A DNA stretch of 63,101 bases, filler included, from Octopus bimaculoides (lineage: Eukaryota), in the NCBI RefSeq assembly GCF_001194135.2. It is 4 parts of 4 records of this genome, joined end to end, with 100 filler letters (N's around TTAATTAATTAA, not from the genome) between each part and the next. Parts side by side here need not be neighbours in the genome. Positions count along the whole stretch, not along the records: positions 35,411 to 60,469 come from NC_068981.1; positions 60,570 to 63,101 come from NW_026305061.1; 2 more parts are not named here. One strand, written 5' to 3'. Numbering within the stretch: position 1 is the first letter of the stretch; every line of letters starts with the position of its first letter. The notes under the pieces are model-generated. The model saw only the letters and a program-made list of their open reading frames with translations, made no database searches and had not been told where the DNA came from. The position numbers and the translations under genes are program-made. Below, piece by piece: positions 48,756 to 60,761 of this stretch.

Positions 48756-49005
48756 TTAAAAAATAATCCTGCTTTAGTTAGAATTTAGAAAACTAAAATA
48801 GTAATAAATGCCCTTTTATATTTTTTATTTTTACATAAAAGTTTAAATTAAAATATTCAAGCTATTCATTTTCAATTTTAGTGAAAAGATTAATTGCCTG
48901 CAAGTTTCCACATTAAAAATTTGATATTACAAATTTATATATTTAAAAAATCACATAATAGCAATTTAAGCAAAATTGACAATGTATTAGAACTCCTAAG
49001 TTTTT

Positions 49006-49218
49006 TTAACCCTTTAGCATTCAGATTATTGTCAAATGTGATGCTTATATATTCACATTGTTTTGAATTAATCATGCATTATCTCACAGCTTCAAAATTT
49101 CAATGTTGTGATTGTTTATTTTTAGAATAACATTGTAGGGTAGGATTTCATCAGTTTTAACATAAAACAGATAGAATATCTGGGCTGGATATGGCTGGAT
49201 TAAATGCTAAAGGTTTAA
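49006..49218. mobile_element. piggyBac-like MITE with TTAA target sites
   Basis: TTAA-CCCTTTAGCATT ... AATGCTAAAGGT-TTAA. Confidence 0.7.
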
Positions 49219-49399
49219 AAAAAAATGCTAGTCATTTCTACATTTTGCACACAATTTGTTCATTAGCTTTGGTTTTTTTAATTTTTATTTTCTCCTAAAA
49301 TGTAAACAGAAAAATACTTTTGATATCTGATAATGTAGACTTTCCTTTTCTTTTTTTACGATCTTTTACTCTTTTGAATCACATATATTCTATATGAGG

Positions 49400-51175
49400 T
49401 TAATCTAATAACACAAGATCTATGATTTAAAATTATTAGATAATGAGTTTTGTTACGAAAATAAAATTATTGAGAAGACTGAGAGCATCAAAAATATCAG
49501 CCATGTATGCTAAAATGAGAATGAACTCAGAACTTTTGAAGCAATCTACATGACAATGTTGGTACTCTCGCAAAAACAGGGCTAATTCTACATGCATAGC
49601 AAAAATAAAATTCAGCACCTTTCCTGGGATAACCACCAAACGTTAGAATGGTATAGAAGTACCTCGAATTCAGAGCCCATTTCATTACACAGCTCTTTGA
49701 AGATGCAGTGCTTCACAGTACTATTTCACATGTAGTTCACAAATTCAACTACAAGTTTTAATACTTCTGCCAGTTTTGGAGGCAAGATTTTTGTTACCAA
49801 TTCATGCTTGTGTAGAACACAATATGTAACAATGATGTGTGGTGCATCGGATTTCACCACCACTCCAAAACCAGAGTGTCATCTCAGCATGGCTGGAGTT
49901 CTGTCCGAACAAACTGCAGAAATCATATTCCATGAAAGCCCATTGTCTCTGAAGAAGCTATCCATGAGTTTCTTCACATCAGCTACCTTGGTTTTTGTTG
50001 TAAGAGGCTTACAAAATAAATAAAATCTTCCTTTATCATGTTGTCTTTCACATAGCGCATGAATACAAGAAGCTGGCTCAGATTCAAAACATTGGTGGTC
50101 TTGTCAAGTTGGAGGTTGAATTTTGCTGGGTTTGAAATCAGATCTGCAACTACTTGAACCAAGATGTCATCGCTCACATCATACATTCTGCTGCTGATAG
50201 TGTTATTTTAAAGAGGAATTTGGGATAACTTATCTTCAGCAGCTTTTCCCAGCATATTTGCCATCTTCAAAGCAGCTGGTTTTACGAGTGTTTTGCCAAT
50301 GGTGTGTGGTCTGCCCTGCTTTGCGATCAGGTACGCAACTTCGTACAATGCTGTGAGGATCAGTTTGTTGATGAGTACAAAGCCAAGAACAGGCAGAGTA
50401 ACATTTTCATTGAATCTGACTTGTTTCACCTTGAATTCAGCAAGTGTTGTGTTCTTGTATTTCCCATCTCCATGCAGCTTTAGGAAGTGTTCTTTTAGTT
50501 TTGCCGGTGCTAGACTAGAATTGCTCAACTTGGCATTGCAAATCATGAGGATGCTAAGTCCCATCACGTTCCGTTATAGATGTGATGTCATACTGTATGT
50601 ATTCGTTCAACCACTTTCTGTTTTTTCAACATAGTATAAAGGGTTTAAAAGATTAAAAGAAAATCACAAATGATGTCCAATCACAACAGCCACAAGTGGA
50701 CTACTGAGCGCACCAAGTTCCCTGCAGCACAGATATCAAAGCCAAGCGATGTGGCATGATCAGCTGCAGCCAATGACGTCACAAATAATACGAGTGGGCT
50801 GAAAGGATCGAGGGGACATACACACACAAGCCTGGGCCAATTTTTTGCTTTGTTCAAAACTTAAAAATTTTTTTTATTTATTTATAAATTAATATTCTAA
50901 AATTAAATTTTATACTGTTATTGTAATTTATCTTTTAATAAACTAGCTTATCATGGAAATTTATTTTGTGTAACAAATTTTTACTATGCAACTAAATCTC
51001 TGTAATCTAACATGGTGAAGTAAAGTTGTGTTGCCAAATTGTCGGCAGCCGACAAAAATAGTCCACCATTGCTAATGTGAACCAGGCTATACTGTGTGTA
51101 TTTTGATCCCTGCTGAACCCGAAACTGACTCAATGAACCCCTAGGGTTTGATCGAACCCAAGTTAAGAACCACTG
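49400..51175 (-). pseudogene. hAT (Buster/Charlie, SCAND3/ZBED5-like) transposon, decayed
   Basis: Reads ..CNAKLSNSSLAPAKLKEHF..YEVAYLIAKQGRPHTIGKTLVKPAA..IPL*NNTISSRM..LQLDKTTNV..QLLVFMRY. The 5' TIR CAGTGGTTCTTAAC ends at 51175; multiple frameshifts. Confidence 0.85.
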
Positions 51176-51607
51176 GCTTAGAAGATCAGCTATATACCCT
51201 TAGAAAAACAGAATAAAAAAGAAGGGGCTAAGCAAGCCATTACAGAGAATTGAACCCAACACCTCTGAAACTCCTGTTAAGCTCTCTGTACCATTAAGCT
51301 AAACTACCTATGACATCTAATACATTATAACAATAAATATCTTAAAATGAAAAGACTATTATGTATCTAATATTTTTTTGACAAGGTTTGCACCATGTGG
51401 TTCATTTGAACACAACTGTTGTATAGTTTTCAATATTACTTAAGATATTTTGACTCAAAGTCAATGGACCATTTTTGTTAAAAAAAAACTGCATTGAATT
51501 TGGGTGAGAATGGAATTAGTAATGAATCCTAGAAATGCTCATGAGTAATTAAATGCTGACCCACTGCCATGGGTGAATGATATATATATATATATATATA
51601 TAATCAC

Positions 51608-51715
51608 TTGGAGCCTGGTGTTGCCATCCGGTTTCACCAGTCCTCAGTCAAATCGTCCAACCCATGCTAGCATGGAAAGCGGACGTTAAACGATGATGAT
51701 GATGATGATGATGAT
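51608..51715 (+). mobile_element. RTE LINE extreme 3' fragment (GCSH intron 1)
   Basis: CCAGTCCTCAGTCAAATCGTCCAACCCATGCTAGCATGGAAAGCGGACGTTAAACGATGATGATG. Confidence 0.8.
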
Positions 51716-52734
51716 CCATGCCAGCATGGCTTGTGCAGGGTCTCTAGAGGCAACATTTTATGAGATGCCCTTCCTCATGCCAAATCTTTTTGATGTTACT
51801 TCTTAAGACATGCAGAGGTTGTGTACCTATTCTAAAAACTAAGAAACAGAGAGAAGCACACACACTTCACTGACAAAGTCAGATTAAGACTAAAACATGT
51901 CCAGGGTTGTTTCCCAGTGAAAATATTTTCAGTTAGTGGATTAAATAATTTTTTTTCCCTCACTGTATATTTATTTCTAGTTAGATTTTTAGTGCTATAT
52001 ACATTTAAATGTATTAAAATTAACTCATTTCAGGAGGTAAAAAATCATTTATCTAGAGCCAAGCCACACATTCTCAATATTAATTACTACAGCAGCAGAG
52101 ATTTAATCCTTTTAATACCAATCCAACATATTTAAAATTGCTTACATCATAATATTACTTCAGAATACTTTGCTAAATTATGTTCCAAACTCCAGTTTAA
52201 TAATGAAAGAACCACAATAAATGGTAGTTCAAATCCATTAACATTGTCAATTATTTTCAAAATGAATTTTTTTTAAATGTCATACAAAATTGTACATTTC
52301 TTTAAAAATATGGTAAGGAAAGAAATGAGAGTAGGTCTCTGTTCAGCTCATCACAATTTTATAGCAGATGTTGGTTTAGTAGCTGTCATTGATTACTTTT
52401 AGTCAAACCTACTTCAACAGGCCCTCAGTTTATAAAGGGTAATCTTTTAACTCAGTGGTTGTGTTGATAAAGAAGTTTGCTTCACAACCAGACATTTCTG
52501 CACTTAAACCACACTACATGGCATATTGGGGCAAGTATTTTGTATCATAGCCTCAAGTCAACCAATTCATTGTGAAGAGAATTTGGTAGAAGAAAACTGC
52601 ACAGAGGCTTGTCATGAAAGTATGTAGAGGCAGATTAAAAGCCAGAGGCCCTAAGCACTTATTGGATTTTGGTACCTCCATATATATATATATATATATA
52701 TATATAACTTAAAAAAATTTTTTTAAATGCACTC

Positions 52735-53065
52735 CATCAGTTACAACGAGGGTTCCAGCTGCTCTGATCTATTGATCTCTGTTCTGACCAACAGAACAGC
52801 CTGCTTGTGAAATTAAGTGGCTGAGCACTCCACAGATGTGTGTACCCTTAATGTAGTTCTCAGGGAGATTCAGCATGACACAGAATGCAACATGGCCGGC
52901 CAATACAGTAACTACTCATTTTTGCCAACTAAGTGAAGGCACGTGGCTTAGTGATTAGGGTATTTGGCTCGTGCTCATAAGGTCAAGAGTTCAATTTCCA
53001 GTGGCACGTCATGTCCTTGAACAAGACACTTTATTTCATGTTGCTCCAATCCACTCAGTAGGCAA
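52735..53065 (-). mobile_element. SINE family C 3' fragment plus an adjacent tRNA-like head
   Basis: GAGGGTTCCAGCTG..TGTACCCTTAATGTAGTTCTC is the reverse complement of the family C tail. Confidence 0.6.
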
Positions 53066-53407
53066 AAAGAATGAATTCAAAATACAAACCATAAAATAAA
53101 ATTTTATTTTTCTAAATGAAAGAAAACAGTAAGATGGAAAATAATGTTTATTTTTGTATACTTTCACTATTTAAATTTGAAAGTTTCCTCCTACTTTTTG
53201 TAATTGCAAAGTCTTTGATCAGATCAACATTAATCTTACATAACACATCTGCTTCTATACTTAGTAGAGATAAGGCATCCTGAATACTATTTTAGCAAAT
53301 TTAAAGTGATTTCTTTTGTGCCATAAACCATTTCTGTGGTACCTCCTTTCTCTGGATCCCTTAAGCATAAGCTTATTCTATTTAATTAGGTTAATCTGGC
53401 ACTGTAA

Positions 53408-53800
53408 GGGCTTTATTCTTTTACTAGTTTTAGTCATTTGACTGCAGCCATAATGGGGTAGTGTCTTAAAGGGTTTTAGTTGAAGAAATCGGCCACAGGA
53501 GTTATTCTTTGTAAGCCTGGTACTTAATCTATTGGTCTCTTTTGCCAAACAGCTAAGTTACGGGGATGTAAACACACCAACTTCAGTTGTCAAGCGATGT
53601 GTGTGTGTGGGGGGGGGGACAAAGACAAATAAATACATACACACACATATGTGATGGGCTTCTTTTCAGTTTCTGTCAAACAAATCCACTCACATGGCTT
53701 TGGTTGGCCTGTAAACACTTGCACAAGGTGCCACGCAGTGGGACTGAACCCAGAACCATGTAGTCGGGAACCAAGCTTCTTACTACACAGCCATGCCAGC
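53408..53800 (-). mobile_element. SINE family A
   Basis: Family A motifs on the minus strand. Confidence 0.75.
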
Positions 53801-55184
53801 ACCTGTGTGTATGTGCATATTTTTCACTCAGGCGAGAAACATGAAAAACCATAGCTAATTGAATGAAGTCCCTCCTACAACCACAATATGTGGTCTCTAA
53901 ATGAGGGTAACTTTCAAATATTTTCATGTTTGTTTACATCATTTTACTTATATAAGCAAATAAAGTCAGTTACTATTGAAAGTTATTAGATCTAGAGTGG
54001 AAATAGGCCAGTAGTTGAATATCTAAGAAATATTATTGCTGCTCTACTTTTCTCATTTACACATAAACGTAAAAACAACTGATAACAAAACATTAAAAAG
54101 AAAGAAACAAGGCGAACCAATAAAAAATAACTATTGCTTGACATGTAAAGCAGAACTGCAAACAAGGCAAATAAACTTTCGTTCATAGGGTGAGTTCTAA
54201 TGTGAAAAATAATCTAAATATGAATATTTTATATGTAAATATTTTGTTATTCAAAAACTTGTTTTCATTTTTAATTCATTAACCCTTTCCAGACACCTTT
54301 TGAAAGGAAATAAAGTAAAACACAAAGTAAAGTTAATGTGGTTTAATGTTCAGTTTGAACTGTTCAAAACATCAACAGTAGAAGGGGAGAAAAAGGTACA
54401 GAGAATTAGTTCTGTAAAGGGTAGGATGGGTTGTCACTAGTTGGTGAAAGGGTGGAATAAAGACGCAATGAGTTGAAGGACAGAATCTAAGTAGGTTTGA
54501 GGTGGAGATAGCAAGTTAAAAATAGCAGAAGCTGAAGTCTCAGTTGAAAAGAGAGGCATCCTTGAAGGATTTTTTCTTTTGTTTTGAGTTCAAATTTATG
54601 CAGAACTTTCTGAATAGTCGTCACAACATATAGTGAAATTGGATTTCTCCGTTTTGGTGATGATTTTTACAAATAATTTTGTATCACACATTTTAAACGT
54701 AAAACTAGATTGACTATCTCTATAGTATTACCTGTCTTGAAGCCTTTTCCCAGGCATAATTACACAAGTGTGCCCCCGACTTTGTTTCCTCATAATTTTC
54801 AGAAAAATGGACACTTTTTAATGAAAATTTTCTACAAATAAGCTTCAGATGATGTAGATTCCAATTTTATCGGAATTGTGAACATTTTTTCCGGAAGTGG
54901 GTAGAGGAGTTTAGGAAAATTCATGCGAGCGGCTTTGATTCTTCATATCTTTCAGAAAAATGGATATTTTTTAAATGAAATTTTCAACAAATATCTTTCA
55001 GCGTGTGTGGATTCGATATCAGAATTAATAAGGGAAAAAATTAAAAAAATGCTGGGCACGCATGCTGATATATTTGTCCTATCGCTTCACCGAAGACAGG
55101 GTACTGAGATGTTTGGCAAATAACTAATTTGTTTTCACTGACTGCACAGTCAGAACGTGAAAATAAGGAATGAGTGAGTCGGTA

Positions 55185-55304
55185 ATCCTTCGGTATTGGT
55201 ACATGATGTCATTCACCAACACAACTTTCCCTCATGACATAGATAAAGAGGGTGAATGACGTCGTGTCTCCATACCAACACTCTATAGACCAATACCGAA
55301 GGAT
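55185..55304. mobile_element. 120-bp mini-MITE / hairpin element
   Basis: Perfect 16-bp TIR ATCCTTCGGTATTGGT / ACCAATACCGAAGGAT and an inner 10-bp IR GTCATTCACC / GGTGAATGAC. Confidence 0.6.
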
Positions 55305-56144
55305 CATCTATATATATATATATATTTGTCTCAATTCAATTCGTTTAATATGCGACATGTAAATGGGAGTAATACAACAAGTGTGCCATGTATGTATTGA
55401 TTTATAACTGGGGTACAATGACATATTTTATGAGATCGAACTGTAGATTATACAGATGACCTCGGAAGGATAAAAAGCAAATCCAAACTCGGAAAGGTTC
55501 GAGTCACAACGTAATGGGGCAATATTAAATCTCTCACTCTAACCAAACAAACCATTCCAGTAAATATGTGGAAGCAATTCAGAAGTATATTGAAAAATAA
55601 GGAAAGAACGTACTTCATTGTTTATACACTGCTACGTGCCTGGTTTGTGTATGTTCTACACAAGTTTGAAACACGTGGGACTTGTAACGTTAAAACTCGC
55701 TTTGTTGACAAACGGGGGGATGGGAGGGGGCTACGAAGAAAAGTTTCGTACATAGACTTCAGAATCATACAAGCTAGCTTTTGGCTTTATAAAGTAAATG
55801 AGCATAAAATGAATTTGTGTCCTTTCCCATTTTATTTTCTTTCTTTTGATATTCAAAAAATTAACAAAACAGCTCTAACTGGAATACGAATATTGTAGCC
55901 CGAACTGCAAAATAAACACACTATGAAGTTTACGACCATTCACATTATTAATATTTTATGACTTTTTAAACATTTATTTAATTAATACAATAACCGACTG
56001 ATATATACGAAAGCGATAAGAGAGAGAGGGAGACAGAGAGACGTGAAGGTCAGTAAAGGATTTCACCAAACGAACCATACATGCAATCACCACAAAAGAC
56101 ATTTAAAACCCAATATCTATAGCTTTTCACGGTTCAATGCTTAC

Positions 56145-56271
56145 CAGAATACGATCGAGAAGATAGGCTGAAATGTCTGTATTTCTGTAATGATGTTAGT
56201 ACTGGTGAGGATCGGCTCATTAACCTAGCAGCGCAAGAACAAGCATTCCGTCCAAGAGCAACAAGCGCCAT
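56145..56271 (-). CDS. GCSH: Glycine cleavage system H protein, exon 1 (mitochondrial transit peptide)
   Basis: ATG at 56271 reads MALVALGRNACSCAARLMSRSSPVLTSLQKYRHFSLSSRSYS (R/S/L-rich, no acidic residues) plus 1 nt, followed by a GTAAG donor. Phase 1 joins exon 2 in frame (G+AG = Glu). Confidence 0.85.
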
Positions 56272-57092
56272 GTTTCACTCTGCTGTGCTCCCGATCGTAT
56301 CAGGACAGATACATCTAAGATTCCCAGCCCTATTTACTCTCTCTCTCTCTCTCTGTATATATATATGTGTGTGAGTGTGCCAACATGCGGCAGAGGGTAT
56401 ATAATAGATAATACTATAGTAACACTCACACAGCTATGTATATGGGTGTGTGCGTGAGTGTGTACGAGAAGAACATTGTTGGTAGTAAATCTCCCGTACC
56501 AACTTTCTTTCTTCGTTCACACAAATTTAGCAACATGAGATATTCATAGTTTTCCCCGCCTTTATACATACGTGATAACGCAAAAGAGAATATAAATGGG
56601 AGGAGTAATAAGTTTTGATTTATGAACTTCCCACCCCTGTAGTTTTTAGTTACGTCCCTTTACGTCGGAGTTAAAATCCCACCGGGCTCAGTATGTCTTT
56701 CTCCTTTCCAGATTATTAGTAATATATAAATCAATTAAATCTATTAAACTTTTTTTTATTCGAGGTAACAAGGGAAGCTCTACGTGGTCGTTCGACTTGC
56801 TGGAAATAACAGCCAAATTCCCTCAAATTATATCCTACTGTTAAAAAAAATAACTAAAAATAACTAGCCTAGATAGCCCTCATCAGACTGTTTAATTAGT
56901 GGGTTAAACAACTGGAGTTTGCATGGAACCTGTATATGGTCTCTTAATCTGATTAGAATAACCATCAGATTCCCTCGAAACCATCTTTAAAAACGGAAAC
57001 ACTGGACAATATAACCAAAAATACATTGCCTGAAAATGGCCATGGTTGGAAAACTTGGTTCACAGGTCTGCTTTTTAGAACTGAGCTTGGTC

Positions 57093-57303
57093 AAGGCGGC
57101 GAACTGGCAGAAACGTTAGCACGCCGGGCGAATTGCTTAGCGGTATTTCGTCTGTATTTACTTTCTGAATTCAAATTCCGCCGAGGTCGACTTTGCCTTT
57201 CATCCTTTCGAAATCGATAAATTAAGTACCAGTTGCGTACTGGGTCGATCTAATCGACTGGTCCCCTCCCTTAAAATTTCGAGCCTTGTGCCTAGAGTAG
57301 AAA
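57093..57303 (+). mobile_element. SINE family B with perfect 16-bp TSD
   Basis: AAGGCGGCGAACTGGCAGAAACGTTAGC..AATTCCGCCGAGGTCGACTTTGCCTTTCATCC..CCTTGTGCCTAGAGTAG. TSD AGAACTGAGCTTGGTC at 57077-57092 and 57304-57319. Confidence 0.9.
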
Positions 57304-58662
57304 AGAACTGAGCTTGGTCTAAACAAACTGTGGCCTTAAGAGATGAATCTTTATGTAAATCAAATTAGTATATTCTGAACGGGGTTGCCAAATCAATCTA
57401 ATGAAAATAGCGCAATGTTTTTTTTAGTGTATTGTGTTAAAAAAAACCCCCAAAATCAAAATTTTGCAAGTGATAGGTATGTGTATGTGTGTGTGGTGTG
57501 TTCGTGCACGCCCACGCGTGCTACTTGCTGGTCGGTTCTAATGTATTTAATAAGAAAATGGTATCCTCGCCCTTAAGAATTATCTTTTTAAAGTAGCATG
57601 TAGCCCAAAGCCTGGACGAGAGCAAAGCCTTTCGCTCGTGATGCAAGGACTCTTATCTACCCACAGCATACAAACTTCACTAAACTACTTTTTACATCAC
57701 TGTATATTTGAAATATTAACTGTTGATGTACAATTTATAATTGCTTTTGATTTAGGGCCAGGACTAATAATTTTGAGTAGAAGGGTTTAGTCAACACCAT
57801 CGATATCAGTACTTGAGTACTTTATTTTACTGATCACGAAAGTTGAAAGACAAAGGTGACGGAAACAATACTTAAATCATAATATTAGCTGTGTGTATCT
57901 ATATAACACTGGGAAGTCGCACATTGTAAATTTCATTTAAATTTCGCTGGAATTTCGGATCACGATGCCCACATAAGTTCGATTTTCTCAGTTTTGACTG
58001 ATTTTTTTTTCATTTTTTTTCTCTCATTTCCCCGGCCTACGTAAATGAGGGAGGGAAGAGTTTTATGAAAAATAATTTTTGAAAATTTATGATTTATTTT
58101 CGCCTGTCCGCTCCCCTCTCCCTCTCTCCGGACCGATGTTGGACAACTTTTTAGCACTAAGCACTTTTTAAAGATAGGAGAAGCCTTTTCGGTAAAAAGG
58201 AAAAATAATTCTGAAAATATTTTCAGACGTAAAGGTGTGTGATTTAAGGGAGATTTAGCTGTTGTTTCTAGCACATCACATCAACACCTGGTGCCTTCCT
58301 CGCTTCTTTGTCACTCTGACGGCATGTTTTGATTTTTGCAATATTTTCTACTCATAAACACATTTCGNNNNNNNNNNNNNNNNNNNNNNNNNNNNNNNNN
58401 NNNNNNNNNNNNNNNNNNNNNNNNNNNNNNNNNNNNNNNNNNNNNNNNNNNNNNNNNNNNNNNNNNNNNNNNNNNNNNNNNNNNNNNNNNNNNNNNNNNN
58501 NNNNNNNNNNNNNNNNNNNNNNNNNNNNNNNNNNNNNNNNNNNNNNNNNNNNNNNNNNNNNNNNNNNNNNNNNNNNNNNNNNNNNNNNNNNNNNNNNNNN
58601 NNNNNNNNNNNNNNNNNNNNNNNNNNNNNNNNNNNNNNNNNNNNNNNNNNNNNNNNNNNNNN

Positions 58663-58812
58663 GTTTACGTCCCCCGTAACTTAGCGGTTCGGCAAAAGAG
58701 ACCGATAGAATAAGTACTAGGCTTACAAAGAATAAGTCCTGGGGTCGATTTGCTCGACTAAAGGCGGTGCTCCAGCATGGCCGCAGTCAAATGACTGAAA
58801 CAAGTAAAAGAG
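58663..58812 (+). mobile_element. SINE family A 3' half
   Basis: Nearly identical to 2810-2950. Confidence 0.85.
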
Positions 58813-59516
58813 TAAGTCCTCATCAACTTTTCCAGTTTCACTTGAAAAGGAATCTGAGGGTGGAGAGGGAAGTGCTGCCTCCCAGCAACTTAGTGAAAAG
58901 GTGCGTGAAAGGGCACATGTCAGGGCAACCGTGGTTTTGTGGGAATTCCTCTGTTTCCTCCTTTGGGGAAATTATTCATTGTTATAATTTTATATTGTTA
59001 CTATTTTTTAAAAACTTTTTACACGCTTTTTATGTAACCCTACATTGTATTGTCCTGTACCGTCCTCAATGTTTTTGTGAATCTTTAGTGTTTAATAAAG
59101 AAAACATTATTATTATTGTTAAATCTCTGAATGAGATATAAACAGTAACTGCACGACTTCCCTTTGCAAATACCGACAGGACACATCTGTGTGTCAATAA
59201 CCAGCTGGAGATGTTCTCCTGGAGCTAAAAGCAACAGTAACGTTCACCCTTAGGGTTTAGCCGCATTTAAGTGGCAAATATACTTCACATTATTATTGAG
59301 CTTTTTTGCTTGTATATTCAGACATATATGCATACACATACTCATGCGAGTGTACACATGCACATACACGCATGCATACATACACATATGCGCGCATCTC
59401 TCTTTCTCATTATATATATGTATATATACATATATATACATACAAACAAAACTGTCCGATGAACGGGAAAGTGAAACTCTGAGTAACAGGTTTTGTAATA
59501 TTTCTGCTGCTTTTTA

Positions 59517-59564
<48 letters not shown>

Positions 59565-60290
59565 TATACAGAGAGATAGGAAGGGGAGAGAGGGATAACT
59601 GATAACAACTCTAGTTTTAACCCTACACCTGACTTCTTGCTAAAGGGAAGGGACATTGTTATGTAAATGCATTTATGATTTTTCAACATCATGGAATGAG
59701 AGGTGTAGTTATCTATTCTGGGTTTGCATGATAGTTTTAACAAATGAATTCAGTATTCTTATGTAATTATGCATATCAACACCAGCTGTGGTTTCAAAAA
59801 ATTAGGTTGCTTCTACGAGATTAATTGTGAAGCTTTTTTACCGTGGCCGTTAAGCAAGTGCATTCACATTCGCTATTATGTGGTTAAATAACTATGCTGT
59901 TTCTACTTGATTAGTTTGGGACACTGTTACTGAAGTTGCTAACCGAGTGCACTTACATTCGCTTTTATGCAGCGACTCCTGTTATAAGGAAATCGATCAG
60001 GTCAATGAATTTGCACCTAATAGCTTTAGACATATGATTTTCTCTGTCGTGCACAAGTCTTTATTATTTCTTTTCCATCACTATCAAAATATCAGTAAAC
60101 TAATTCCTTTCAAAATGGGACAAGTTCCCCAGCCTCTCAGATCTTATTTTAAAAAATGATGATGGTAGATTTCATAAACTGAAATACATATACCGTTGAA
60201 AGATTTAAAAGGCCAAACAATGCAAATAGATTTTAAGATGAGGTAACGTAAACTAAAAGTAAGTTACCTGGTAATCTTTGGTCGTATATG

Positions 60291-60330
60291 TATCCAATAT
60301 TTCGGGACATACAAGTCCCTTCATCAGAGT
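60291..60330 (-). ncRNA. Hammerhead-like motif
   Basis: CTGATGA-A-GGGAC ttgtat GTCCC-GAAA-TA-T-T. Intact boxes, extra A after A9, perfect 5-bp helix II, ATAT palindrome as helix III; helix I weak. Confidence 0.5.
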
Positions 60331-60448
60331 TAAAAAGAAACTGTCCTTGGAAAGATGATTTTTGTCGGAGATAAAATAATTCTATGATTATATTTGAAAG
60401 TTTGTTTGAAATTTTAAGACGTTTCCATTATTTTGTCCAACCCCTGTA
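60330..60448. mobile_element. Tc1-like terminal fragment
   Basis: TTTCCATTATTTTGTCCAACCCCTG followed by TA (reverse complement CAGGGGTTGGACAAAATAATGGAAA); a related end lies near 62100-62122. Confidence 0.5.
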
Positions 60449-60469
60449 TATATATATATATATATATAT

Positions 60470-60569
60470 NNNNNNNNNNNNNNNNNNNNNNNNNNNNNNN
60501 NNNNNNNNNNNNNTTAATTAATTAANNNNNNNNNNNNNNNNNNNNNNNNNNNNNNNNNNNNNNNNNNNN
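60470..60569. other. Assembly join spacer
   Basis: Same 44+12+44 layout. Confidence 0.9.
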
Positions 60570-60690
60570 GTCGACTTTGCCTTTCATCCTTTCGGGGTCT
60601 ATAAATTAAGTACCAGTTAAGTACTGAGGTCTATGTGATCGACTATCCGCCTCCCCACAAATCCCAGGCCTTGTACTTATAGTAGAAACG

Positions 60691-60760
<70 letters not shown>
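60570..60760 (+). mobile_element. SINE family B 3' half with (ATT)n tail
   Basis: GTCGACTTTGCCTTTCATCCTTTCGGGG..(ATT)n. Confidence 0.8.
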
Positions 60761-60761
<1 letters not shown>

